From the NCBI GenBank assembly GCA_038212275.1, contig JBBQUR010000024.1, positions 1 through 64,000 of the forward strand: DNA of 64,000 nt, in the 5' to 3' direction. Position 1 is the stretch's first letter, and the number at the start of each line of letters is the position of its first letter. The translations under genes and the position numbers were made by a program. The stretch is from Planctomycetota bacterium (GTDB lineage Bacteria; Planctomycetota; B15-G4). The notes beneath the pieces were generated by a model. It worked only from the letters and a program-made list of their open reading frames with translations. It did not search any database and was not told the origin of the DNA. Below are positions 40,069-48,209 of this stretch, piece by piece.

Positions 40069-40116
40069 TCGCGCCGAGGCGGACAGCGTCCCGTGCCGCG
40101 CGGGCCGGGGCGGGCG

Positions 40117-40518
40117 TCAGCCGAGCCGACCGGGCAGCAGCAGCTGAAGGACCACGAGCAACGCGCAGAGCGGCGCGAGCAGCGCCAGGACCGTCGACAG
40201 CCCGGCGATGACCGTGGCCTGCCGCTCGGTGGCCTGCACGAGTCCGGCGCGCGCGACGCCGGCCGGCGCGCCGAACTCCACGCCGCAGCGCGGACAGAAG
40301 AGCAGATTCTCCGGCCGGGCCGCACCGCAGGCCGGGCACGTGCCCTGCTCGCCCGACGTCGACCGGGCGCCTGGCGCGGGAGGCATCGACTCCAGGGTGC
40401 CGCAGCCGGGGCAGCGCACGGCATCGAAGGGCAGCACCTCGCCGCATTCGAGGCAGAAGCGCACGCGCTCCCCCACGCCGGGATCCCTGTCGGACGGTTG
40501 CCGTGCCTGCGTGCTCAT
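40117..40518 (-). CDS. Double zinc ribbon membrane protein
   Basis: Four CxxC (CLEC, CPGC, CPAC, CPRC) and a C-terminal TM helix. Confidence 0.75.
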   Translation of the reverse strand: MSTQARQPSDRDPGVGERVRFCLECGEVLPFDAVRCPGCGTLESMPPAPGARSTSGEQGTCPACGAARPENLLFCPRCGVEFGAPAGVARAGLVQATERQATVIAGLSTVLALLAPLCALLVVLQLLLPGRLG

Positions 40519-40696
40519 CTCGCAGGACTCTATCCCGGACGCGGCGCGCCGCGAAGAGGCGCGCCGGATTCAGGCGGCCCATGGCGGCCGCGCGAACACG
40601 TTGGTATCTCTTAGGGGACCGGGATGTCTGCGGGGGCCACGACGAGCTCTGCACGGATCCGTGGTGGCCGGCTCGATGCGCGCGCGGGAGTTCAGC

Positions 40697-40972
40697 ATGA
40701 ACAAAGCCTCACTGGTCGACGTCGTCGCACGCACTCTCGGACGGGGCACGAGCAAGGCCCAGGCCGAGCGCGCGGTGAACGCCGTGATCGAGGCGCTCGC
40801 CGTCGGTCTCAAGCGCGACCGTTCCATTTCGCTGTCGGGCTTCGGCAGCTTCGAGGTGCGCACGCGCAAGGGCCGGCTGCTGAAGAACCCGCGCACCGGC
40901 GCGCCGATGCGCGTGAAGGCGACGAAGCGCGTGGCCTTCAAGGCCGGCAAGAACCTCAAGAGCCTGCTGTGA
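40697..40972 (+). CDS. hup: HU family DNA-binding protein
   Basis: 'MNKASLV', 'LSGFGSFEVR.R', 'NPRTG', 'FKAGKNLK'. Confidence 0.92.
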   Translation: MNKASLVDVVARTLGRGTSKAQAERAVNAVIEALAVGLKRDRSISLSGFGSFEVRTRKGRLLKNPRTGAPMRVKATKRVAFKAGKNLKSLL

Positions 40973-42083
40973 GCGCACCGGGCGCGAGCTGCGCCTGCCG
41001 CCGGATGCGTCCGCCTCCGAGCACGCGCTCGCCGACGTAGAGCACCGCGTACTGCCCGGGGCACACGGCCTCGCTGGGCGCGTCGAAGCTCACGCGCAGC
41101 GTGCCGTCGCCGCCGGGAAGGACCTCCACGCGCGCAGGCTCCGGCTCGTGGTGATGGCGCAGCTGCATCAGCACGCGGCCATCGGAGGGCGGCGGCGCGA
41201 GCCAGTTCATCGGGCCGATCTCGCAGCTCATGCGGCCGAGCGCCAGCCGCGCGCCGAGGCGCACGACGCCTGCGACGGGATCAATGTCCGTGACGAAGGC
41301 CTTTTCGCCGAGAGCGATGCCGAGGCCGCGGCGCTGTCCCACCGTGAAGTTCGCCACGCCGTCGTGCGTGCCGACCTCGCAACCCGAGGCGTCCACCACG
41401 CTGCCCGGCGTGCCGCGCGAGCCCAGCTGCGTCTCGACCACGGTGCGGTAGTCGCCGCCGGGCACGAAGCAGATGTCGGCCGAGTCGGGCTTCTCGGCCA
41501 CGCCGAGGCGCAGCCGCCGCGCGTGCTCGCGCACCTCCGGCTTGGTGAGCGCGCCCAGCGGAAAGCGCGCCCGCGCCAGCTGAGACACGCTGAGCCCGTG
41601 GAGGAGGTAGCTCTGGTCCTTGGCGCGATCGACGCCGCGGCGCAGCGCTCCATCGCCGGCGCGCGCATAGTGGCCGGTCGCCACGCGTTCGCAGCCGAGG
41701 TCGTCGGCGAGCGTCATGAGTTCGCCGAATTTCAGCTCGTTGTTGCAGACGACGCACGGGTTGGGCGTGAGGCCCGCCGCATAGTCCTCCGCGAACTCGC
41801 GCATGAGCTTCGCGAAGGGGCGCTCCATGTCGTGCACGTAGAACGGCATGCCGAGCCTGTCGGCGACGGCGCGCGCGTCGCGGGCGTCGGACAGCGCGCA
41901 GCAGGAGCGGCGTGCGGCCGCGCCGCTCACGCCGTTGCGCATGAACACCCCGACGAGGCTTTCGCCGGCCTCGGCCAGCAGGCCCGCGACGGTGGCGCTG
42001 TCGACGCCGCCGCTCAGGGCCACCAGCGTGCGCGCCGGCGCCGCGTGGCGCTGCGTCTCCGGGATGTCAGGCTCGCCTCTCAT
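40956..42083 (-). CDS. mnmA: tRNA-specific 2-thiouridylase
   Basis: 'ALSGGVDS', 'TPNPCVVCN', 'ATGHYA', 'KDQSY', 'DICF', 'TVGQRRGL', 'PGQ'; start 42083 or 42092. Confidence 0.96.
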   Translation of the reverse strand: MRGEPDIPETQRHAAPARTLVALSGGVDSATVAGLLAEAGESLVGVFMRNGVSGAAARRSCCALSDARDARAVADRLGMPFYVHDMERPFAKLMREFAEDYAAGLTPNPCVVCNNELKFGELMTLADDLGCERVATGHYARAGDGALRRGVDRAKDQSYLLHGLSVSQLARARFPLGALTKPEVREHARRLRLGVAEKPDSADICFVPGGDYRTVVETQLGSRGTPGSVVDASGCEVGTHDGVANFTVGQRRGLGIALGEKAFVTDIDPVAGVVRLGARLALGRMSCEIGPMNWLAPPPSDGRVLMQLRHHHEPEPARVEVLPGGDGTLRVSFDAPSEAVCPGQYAVLYVGERVLGGGRIRRQAQLAPGALTAGS

Positions 42084-42205
42084 CGGCCCCATGATAGGGT
42101 GCGGGGCGCGGGATGCGACGCTCGGGGAGTCGCGGTTTGGCCAGGACCGCGCACCTGTCTATGATGCGGCGGTCCTTCACCCGTCCCGTGGAAAACAGAG
42201 TCCTC

Positions 42206-42583
42206 ATGCCGCTCCCCGCCTGCCTGACCGCCCCGTTCACTGCTGCCGCGCTCCCGGCCTTCCTGCTGGAGGACGCGGCCCCGGGCCAGACGAGCGGCCC
42301 CAACCTGATGCTGCTCTTCGCCGTGCCGCTGGCGATCTTCTGGTTCATGGTCATCTGGCCCGAGCGCAAGGAAAAGAAGCGCAAGGCGGCGATGATCGAG
42401 GCGCTGCAGAAGAACGACCGCGTCCTGACGACCTTCGGCATGTACGCCACCGTCGCGGCCGTGAACGAGAACGACGTGACGCTCAAGCTCGACGACGGCA
42501 ACACGCGTGCCCGCGTGCTCAAGTCCACCATCGCCTCCGTCATCGGGCCCCCGGGCGATGAGGGCGGCAAGGACAAGGGCTGA
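42206..42583 (+). CDS. yajC: Preprotein translocase subunit YajC
   Basis: TM helix 'IFWFMVIWPERK', 'LQKNDRVLT.FGMYATV'. Confidence 0.9.
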   Translation: MPLPACLTAPFTAAALPAFLLEDAAPGQTSGPNLMLLFAVPLAIFWFMVIWPERKEKKRKAAMIEALQKNDRVLTTFGMYATVAAVNENDVTLKLDDGNTRARVLKSTIASVIGPPGDEGGKDKG

Positions 42584-42590
42584 ACCCGGC

Positions 42591-42983
42591 ATGACCGGAC
42601 GGAGCCACGTGCTGGGGCGCGCGGCCGAAGACGCGGCCCGCAGCGTGTTGCAGGCCGCGGGCTTCACCGTCATCGAGAGCAACTTCCGCGTGCGCGGCGC
42701 CGAGCTGGACATCGTGGCGCGCGACGACGAAGGCCTCGTCTTCGCGGAAGTCCGGGCGCGGCAGGCTGGCGCCGTCGAACCGTCGGCCACGATCACGCGA
42801 CCCAAGTTCCGCCTGCTGCTGCGCGGCGCACGCGCCTGGCTGGCCCGGCACGACCAGGCCGGAGCCGACTGGCGCTTCGTCGTCGTGTCCGCCACGCTCG
42901 ACGAAAGCGGCCGCGTGATCGCCACGGAAATCATCGAAGACCCCTTCGCCCACATGCCGGAGTTTCACCATGGCGATCCATGA
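42591..42983 (+). CDS. yraN: YraN family (UPF0102) protein
   Basis: 'LG.AAEDAA..L...G..VIE.N.R..AELDIVA', 'LVFAEVR.R'. Confidence 0.85.
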   Translation: MTGRSHVLGRAAEDAARSVLQAAGFTVIESNFRVRGAELDIVARDDEGLVFAEVRARQAGAVEPSATITRPKFRLLLRGARAWLARHDQAGADWRFVVVSATLDESGRVIATEIIEDPFAHMPEFHHGDP

Positions 42984-44337
42984 CCGCCTGCTCGCCGCAT
43001 TGCTGCTGCTCCCCGTCGCCGCCTGTACGTCGGTCGAGCACCAGGAGCCGATGCCTTCGAGCGCTGCCCCGGGCACCGCGGCGATCGCGAAGCCCGACCG
43101 GACGGCGCACGGCATCACCATCCACGAGCCGGCCGGCAACCTGCCGGTAGAGTGCGCCGCGCGACGCAAGGCTCTTGCCGCCGCACTGGGCGCCAGCGGC
43201 CCGGGAGTCGTGTGGGTGGAAGCCGTCGACGGCGCGAAGCTCGAGGATCGCTTCTTCCAGGAGGACAACTTCTGGTACCTCTCCGGCGTCGAGATCTCGG
43301 ACGTCGCATTGGCCATCGTCGTGGATGCGTCGGGCGCCGTCAGCGACGAGGTGCTCTTCGTTCCGCCGCACGACGCCGACTACGAGGTGTGGAACGGCAG
43401 CCGCCTCTCGCCGGGGCCGGCAGCCGAAGCCGCCACGGGGTTTCGTCACACGGCGCGCCGGACCACGCGCAATCCGGACGGAAGCATCAAGGAAGCGGGC
43501 GACGAGGAGGCGCTCCTCGCCGGCTGGGCGCCGACGAAGATCTGGACCACGGGACCGGTGCGCATGGAGCTGCCGACCGGCGCCACGATCGACTCCGCGC
43601 AGACGAACAAGGCGCTGGCCGCACTGCGCCTGCGCAAGTCCGCGTACGAGATTGCCTGCCTCAAGGCCGCGATCGACATCACCTGCGCCGCGCTCCACGA
43701 CGCCGCGGCCGAGGTGAAGCCCGGCGCCTGGGAGTGCGAGCCCTGGGGCGCGCTCGAAGGCGCCTTCCTGAAACTCGGCTCCGAGCGGCCGGGCTTTCCG
43801 TCGATCTTCGGCTCCGGCCCCAACTCGGTCACGCTGCACTACGATTCCAACCGCCGCCAGATGCAGGCGGGCGAGCTCATCGTGATGGACGTCGGCTGCA
43901 AGTACCGCTACTACTGCGCCGACGTGACGCGCACCGTGCCCGTGAGCGGCAGCTTCACGCCGCGCCAGCGCGAAGTCTACGACCTCGTGCTCGAGGCGCA
44001 GACCGCTGCCTTCGAAGCCGCGAAGCCCGGCGTCACCATGAGCCAGCTGGACGCGATCGCGCGCAGGGTCATCGATGCGGGCGGCTTCGGTCCGGGACGC
44101 AGATACTTCAAGCACGGCCTCGGCCACTGGATCGGCCTGAACGTTCATGATGTCGGCGGCAGCGTGCCGATCGAGCCGGGCATGCTCTTCACGATCGAGC
44201 CGGGCATCTACATCGCCGAGGAGAACCTCGGCGTGCGCATCGAGGACGACTACCTCATGACCGAGAGCGGGGCCATCAAGCTCTCGGACGGCATCCCCAG
44301 CGATCCCGACGCGATCGAGGCGCTTCTCCGGCGCTGA
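42970..44337 (+). CDS. Xaa-Pro aminopeptidase (M24B), predicted lipoprotein
   Basis: Lipobox 'VAAC', 'FFQEDNFWYLSG', metal ligands MDVG, ADVTRT, HGLGHWIG, TIEPG, RIEDD. Confidence 0.92.
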   Translation: MAIHDRLLAALLLLPVAACTSVEHQEPMPSSAAPGTAAIAKPDRTAHGITIHEPAGNLPVECAARRKALAAALGASGPGVVWVEAVDGAKLEDRFFQEDNFWYLSGVEISDVALAIVVDASGAVSDEVLFVPPHDADYEVWNGSRLSPGPAAEAATGFRHTARRTTRNPDGSIKEAGDEEALLAGWAPTKIWTTGPVRMELPTGATIDSAQTNKALAALRLRKSAYEIACLKAAIDITCAALHDAAAEVKPGAWECEPWGALEGAFLKLGSERPGFPSIFGSGPNSVTLHYDSNRRQMQAGELIVMDVGCKYRYYCADVTRTVPVSGSFTPRQREVYDLVLEAQTAAFEAAKPGVTMSQLDAIARRVIDAGGFGPGRRYFKHGLGHWIGLNVHDVGGSVPIEPGMLFTIEPGIYIAEENLGVRIEDDYLMTESGAIKLSDGIPSDPDAIEALLRR

Positions 44338-44338
44338 C

Positions 44339-45766
44339 GTGAAGACCCGCACCTCCATCCTCCCCTTCGTGCTGGTCGAGGCGATCGTGCTGTTCGCGAT
44401 CGTCATCCCGATCACGCATGCGCGTTCGTTCGGCGAGCAGCTCCTGCTGTCCTCGCACCGCGAGCTGCTGCCGGGCATCGCGCCCGACGAGGGCCGCTAC
44501 ATTCTCATGCGCTCGGCGCTCATGGTGCTGGCGCTCCAGGTCTCGTTCGCCTTCCGCGACCTGTACCAGTGGAGCGTCATCATGCGGCCGCAGCTCACGG
44601 TGGTGCGGCTCGTCGAGGGCGTCGCCACGGTGCTCGTCGTCCTGCCCCTGCTGCACTACGTGCTCGGCGCGATCGACCTCGAGGGGGACATGAGCGGTTC
44701 GCTGCAACGCCTCGAGATCCATCCGATGCTCGTGCTCGCGGCGGCGGGCGCCGCATTCCTCGCCGCGTACGGGCTGCGCGCGCGCTGGCCACGCTGGATG
44801 AAGAGCGCGCGGCTCGGCGAACGCGTGGTCATCGCCGGCAGCGGGCCCGCCACCGACGTGATCGACGAGGAAATCCGGCGCCGCCACGACCCAGGCATCG
44901 AGCTGCTCGGCTTCCTCGACGAGCCCGGCCGCGCACCCGCCAGCCGCACGCTGCTCGGCTCGCCGCAGGACGCCGCCGCCGTCGTCCGAGACCACGACGT
45001 GCAGCACCTCGTGCTGGATACCGGTGTCTCCATCCCCAGCGAGACGCTGCTCGCCGTGCGGCTGGAGAACGTGCGCATCACGGACATCGCGTCCTTCCAG
45101 GAGGAGCTCACCGGGCGTATTTCGGTGGAAAGCCTGGCGCGCTCGGACCTGTTCCTCACCTCGTCGACGACGGGCCCGTTCTACAAGTACACGCGGCGCG
45201 TGCTCGACATCGGCTTCGCCAGCCTCGGGCTGCTGCTCGCCGCGCCGCTGTGCACGCTGGTCGCCCTGCTGGTGCGGCTCGAATCGCGCGGGCCCGTGCT
45301 CTACAGCCAGGAGCGCGTCGGGAGGAACGGCCGGCCCTTCGTGATCTACAAGTTCCGATCGATGCGCGCGGACGCGGAGGCGGCCAGCGGCCCGGTGTGG
45401 GCCAGCGGCGAGGACCCGCGCATCACGCGCGTCGGCCGCTGGTTGCGCCGCCTGCGCATCGACGAGATTCCGCAGCTGTGGAGCGTGATCCGCAACGACA
45501 TGAGCCTCGTCGGCCCGCGCCCCGAGCGGCCGTTTTTCGTCGAGGAACTCGCCCGGCAGATCCCCCACTACGGGCAACGCCACATCGTGAAACCCGGCGT
45601 CACGGGCTGGGCGCAGATCAACTACAGCTACGGCAACACCGTCGACGACGCGTTCATCAAGCTGCAGTACGACCTCTACTACATCAAGAACCGCAGCCCC
45701 GCGCTCGACATCGCCATCCTGCTGCGCACGGTCAAGGTCGTGGTGCTGCAGCAGGGCGCCGTCTAG
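44339..45766 (+). CDS. Polyprenyl glycosylphosphotransferase (priming sugar transferase)
   Basis: N-terminal TM helices, 'KFRSM', 'DPRITRVG', 'IDEIPQL', 'MSLVGPRPE', 'KPGVTGWAQIN', 'YDLYYIKN'. Confidence 0.95.
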   Translation: MKTRTSILPFVLVEAIVLFAIVIPITHARSFGEQLLLSSHRELLPGIAPDEGRYILMRSALMVLALQVSFAFRDLYQWSVIMRPQLTVVRLVEGVATVLVVLPLLHYVLGAIDLEGDMSGSLQRLEIHPMLVLAAAGAAFLAAYGLRARWPRWMKSARLGERVVIAGSGPATDVIDEEIRRRHDPGIELLGFLDEPGRAPASRTLLGSPQDAAAVVRDHDVQHLVLDTGVSIPSETLLAVRLENVRITDIASFQEELTGRISVESLARSDLFLTSSTTGPFYKYTRRVLDIGFASLGLLLAAPLCTLVALLVRLESRGPVLYSQERVGRNGRPFVIYKFRSMRADAEAASGPVWASGEDPRITRVGRWLRRLRIDEIPQLWSVIRNDMSLVGPRPERPFFVEELARQIPHYGQRHIVKPGVTGWAQINYSYGNTVDDAFIKLQYDLYYIKNRSPALDIAILLRTVKVVVLQQGAV

Positions 45767-45788
45767 GCGCGACGGGTGCGCCGCGCCG

Positions 45789-47846
45789 TCAGTCGGCGAT
45801 GCTCCTGGCGATGGCGCGCACCGTCTCGGGCGGCAGGCGTTGGAGCTGCTGCACCAGCACCGCGTCGCGGCGGATGCCGTAGCTTTCCAGGCTTGCCGCA
45901 CCCGGCCAGTCACCCCGGTCGAGCACCGCCAGGAAGTCCCGCACCAGGGACGCGTAGCCGCGCGAGTGCTCGTCGCCCGGGCTTGAGTCGTCGACCGGAA
46001 GCTCGGCCAGCGCGTGCGCGAGCGGGATGCGTGGATCGGTCGCGTCGCGCATGGCCTGGAGCTGCGCCCGCCGCTCGATCGCCGCGCGCACCGAGGACGG
46101 CAGCAGGCCGGCGCCGAACAGCGTCCACAACGCGCTGCCCGTGCCGCCGGCCACGAAGGTCTGGAAGTCCACGATGTGCTGGCGCTCGTGCAGCGCCAGC
46201 GCTTCGAGCAGCAGCGCTTCGTAGCGATCGCCCGCCTCGGCGCGGCTGGCCTGCACGAGACGACTCACGACATCGAGCGGCTCGGCGAGCGACAGCCGCT
46301 CCTCCGTGCCCTGCGCGGGAAGCGGCCCGCAGCCCGGACCGACCGGCGAGAGCAGGCCCTGCCGCTCGTCGCGCTCGATCGCATCCAGGTCGAGGTACAC
46401 GGTGCGCCCCAGACCCGTCCCGGCGATGGCCGCGCCGCGGCTGGCGACGTAGCCGCGCACACGCACCCGGCGGACTTCGGACTGCTCGTAGCTGCCGAGG
46501 GCGCCGGGCAGCTCGATGCGCTCCGATGCGACGCGGTCGAACCAGGTGAGCTCCGCCGGTTGCGTGAGCGCTTCGCCGCCCAGCAGCAGCGCATCCGGCA
46601 AGGCCTCGCGCAGCGGCTGCACGTCGAGCAGCGTGCCGAAGACGCCGAAAGGACCGAAATGCTCGCGCGGCAGGTGACGCAGGGGCGGGCTGCCGGGGAG
46701 TGGCACGGCAGCCTCATCGAGCCGACGCAGGAAGGCGTCGAGCCCCGAGCCGTGCCCTGCGTCCGCGTCGTCGTAGCTGGCGCGCGCTTCGAGGTCCCAC
46801 TCGTCGGCGAGGCGTCGCTCGCGCAGGGCGATCGACGTGACGCGCTCGCGGTCGTTCGCGATACGGCGCTCGAGCGACGGCGGCTCGTCACCTGCCGCAG
46901 CCGCTGGCGTGGCGAGGCCCGCGCGCTCGCGACACGCCGCCAGCAGCTCGTCGTCCGCCGGCATGCGCACGGGCAGCGCCACAAGCAATGCGGCTGCCTC
47001 GTCCGGACGACCGGCGCGTGCGAGCAAGCTTGCCAGGAGTCTGTCGGCCGACCGCTGCATGCGCGCTCCGGACACGAGCGGCACGCGATCCGGCGAGTCG
47101 ACCGCGTGGTGGCGCTCCGCCTCCAGCAGCGCGAGCGTCTGCTCCTCGAGGGCGCGACGCGGGACGCGCGCGAGTTGCTCTTCCAGCAGTGCCAGGCTCG
47201 ACGGCGTCGCAAGGCCTGCCTGCAGGTCGGCCAGCAGCCCCTCGGTGGCTGCCTGCCCGCGACCCGTGAATGACTGCTGGCGCCGCAGCAGCAAGCGCAG
47301 TCGCGCGGTGGGCGGCACCTCGCCGCCCAGCAGTTCCTCGACGTCCTCGTGCTGCTGTTGCGCGAGCAAGGTCTCACCCACGACCGCGCGCGCCTCGGCG
47401 CTGCCCGGTGCAAGTCCCGCGGCATGTCGGGCGGCCGAGAGGCGCTGCCCCGCGGACGGGCTGCGTCGCGCTTGCTCGAGCCAGACGGCCGGCCGCGTGG
47501 AGGTGGCCTGGCGCAGCAGTCGAAGACGCTCGAGCGCAACGTCGTCGCTGGCGTCGTAGCGGGCCGCCAGCCAGCTGCCGGCATCGAGGGACGTACACAG
47601 CGCGGCAGCGCGGCCTTGCCGTGCGGCGATCAGATCGAGGCGCGCCCGCTCGCGAAAGTCGACCGACTCCACCAGGTCGGCTGCGCGCTCGGCTGCCGGA
47701 AGGTCGTCGCGCACGAGACCGAGCCAGACGGCGTCGACGCGAAGGTCGTCGGGCGTGAGAGCAGCGCTCGGCGTCGCACGGCACCCGGCCATGCCCGCCA
47801 GGGCACCAAGCGCCACCAGGGGCCATGCCCTTTGTCGCACGCCCAT
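45789..47846 (-). CDS. Hypothetical helical-repeat lipoprotein with HExxH motif
   Basis: Lipobox 'MAGC', Leu/Ala-rich helices, 'LALHERQHIVD'; start set at ATG 47846. Confidence 0.65.
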   Translation of the reverse strand: MGVRQRAWPLVALGALAGMAGCRATPSAALTPDDLRVDAVWLGLVRDDLPAAERAADLVESVDFRERARLDLIAARQGRAAALCTSLDAGSWLAARYDASDDVALERLRLLRQATSTRPAVWLEQARRSPSAGQRLSAARHAAGLAPGSAEARAVVGETLLAQQQHEDVEELLGGEVPPTARLRLLLRRQQSFTGRGQAATEGLLADLQAGLATPSSLALLEEQLARVPRRALEEQTLALLEAERHHAVDSPDRVPLVSGARMQRSADRLLASLLARAGRPDEAAALLVALPVRMPADDELLAACRERAGLATPAAAAGDEPPSLERRIANDRERVTSIALRERRLADEWDLEARASYDDADAGHGSGLDAFLRRLDEAAVPLPGSPPLRHLPREHFGPFGVFGTLLDVQPLREALPDALLLGGEALTQPAELTWFDRVASERIELPGALGSYEQSEVRRVRVRGYVASRGAAIAGTGLGRTVYLDLDAIERDERQGLLSPVGPGCGPLPAQGTEERLSLAEPLDVVSRLVQASRAEAGDRYEALLLEALALHERQHIVDFQTFVAGGTGSALWTLFGAGLLPSSVRAAIERRAQLQAMRDATDPRIPLAHALAELPVDDSSPGDEHSRGYASLVRDFLAVLDRGDWPGAASLESYGIRRDAVLVQQLQRLPPETVRAIARSIAD

Positions 47847-48017
47847 AACCCATTGCAGTGCAACATGTTGAGTGGTTACGGTTGTTGTTCGGTGGCCCGC
47901 GCGGGCCAGGAGCTGCAGGAGGAGCTGCGCCGTCGCGGATGCACGTCGCAGCGACACTGAATCGCAAACTCTTACTGTGAAGAGCTTTAGGTGATTCGGA
48001 GAAGCTGCCGCGCGGTT

Positions 48018-48033
48018 TGGCACGGCACTTGAT
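48018..48033 (+). promoter_or_regulatory. Sigma54-like -24/-12 element (one mismatch at -12)
   Basis: TGGCACGGCACTTGAT versus consensus TGGCACG-N4-TTGCW. Confidence 0.45.
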
Positions 48034-48042
48034 AAGAGATCC

Positions 48043-48170
48043 ATGCCGAGGATTTTTCGGATGCTCAATCCTGCGGACCGCCAGGGATCGGGCCCGGGCA
48101 CCGCGCAGAGGATTGCAGGGAGGAGGATAGGGTCGGCTCCGCTCAGAGGAGCCGGCCCTATCGCTTTTTT
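48043..48170 (+). ncRNA. Candidate GGA-rich small RNA (Csr/Rsm-like) or terminated leader
   Basis: Nine GGA motifs in ~128 nt between a sigma54-like element and an intrinsic terminator. Confidence 0.4.
48126..48170 (+). terminator. Intrinsic terminator
   Basis: 15-bp stem GATAGGGTCGGCTCC / GGAGCCGGCCCTATC (one G-U) followed by GCTTTTTT. Confidence 0.8.
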
Positions 48171-48209
48171 GGTCTCATCTCCACCCATGGCATTCATCCT
48201 GACAGCCGC

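Noticed and set aside
23779..42083. mnmG, miaB and mnmA as a dedicated tRNA-modification island
   Set aside because: They are separated by unrelated operons, and no selU or mnmE is present; likely coincidental.
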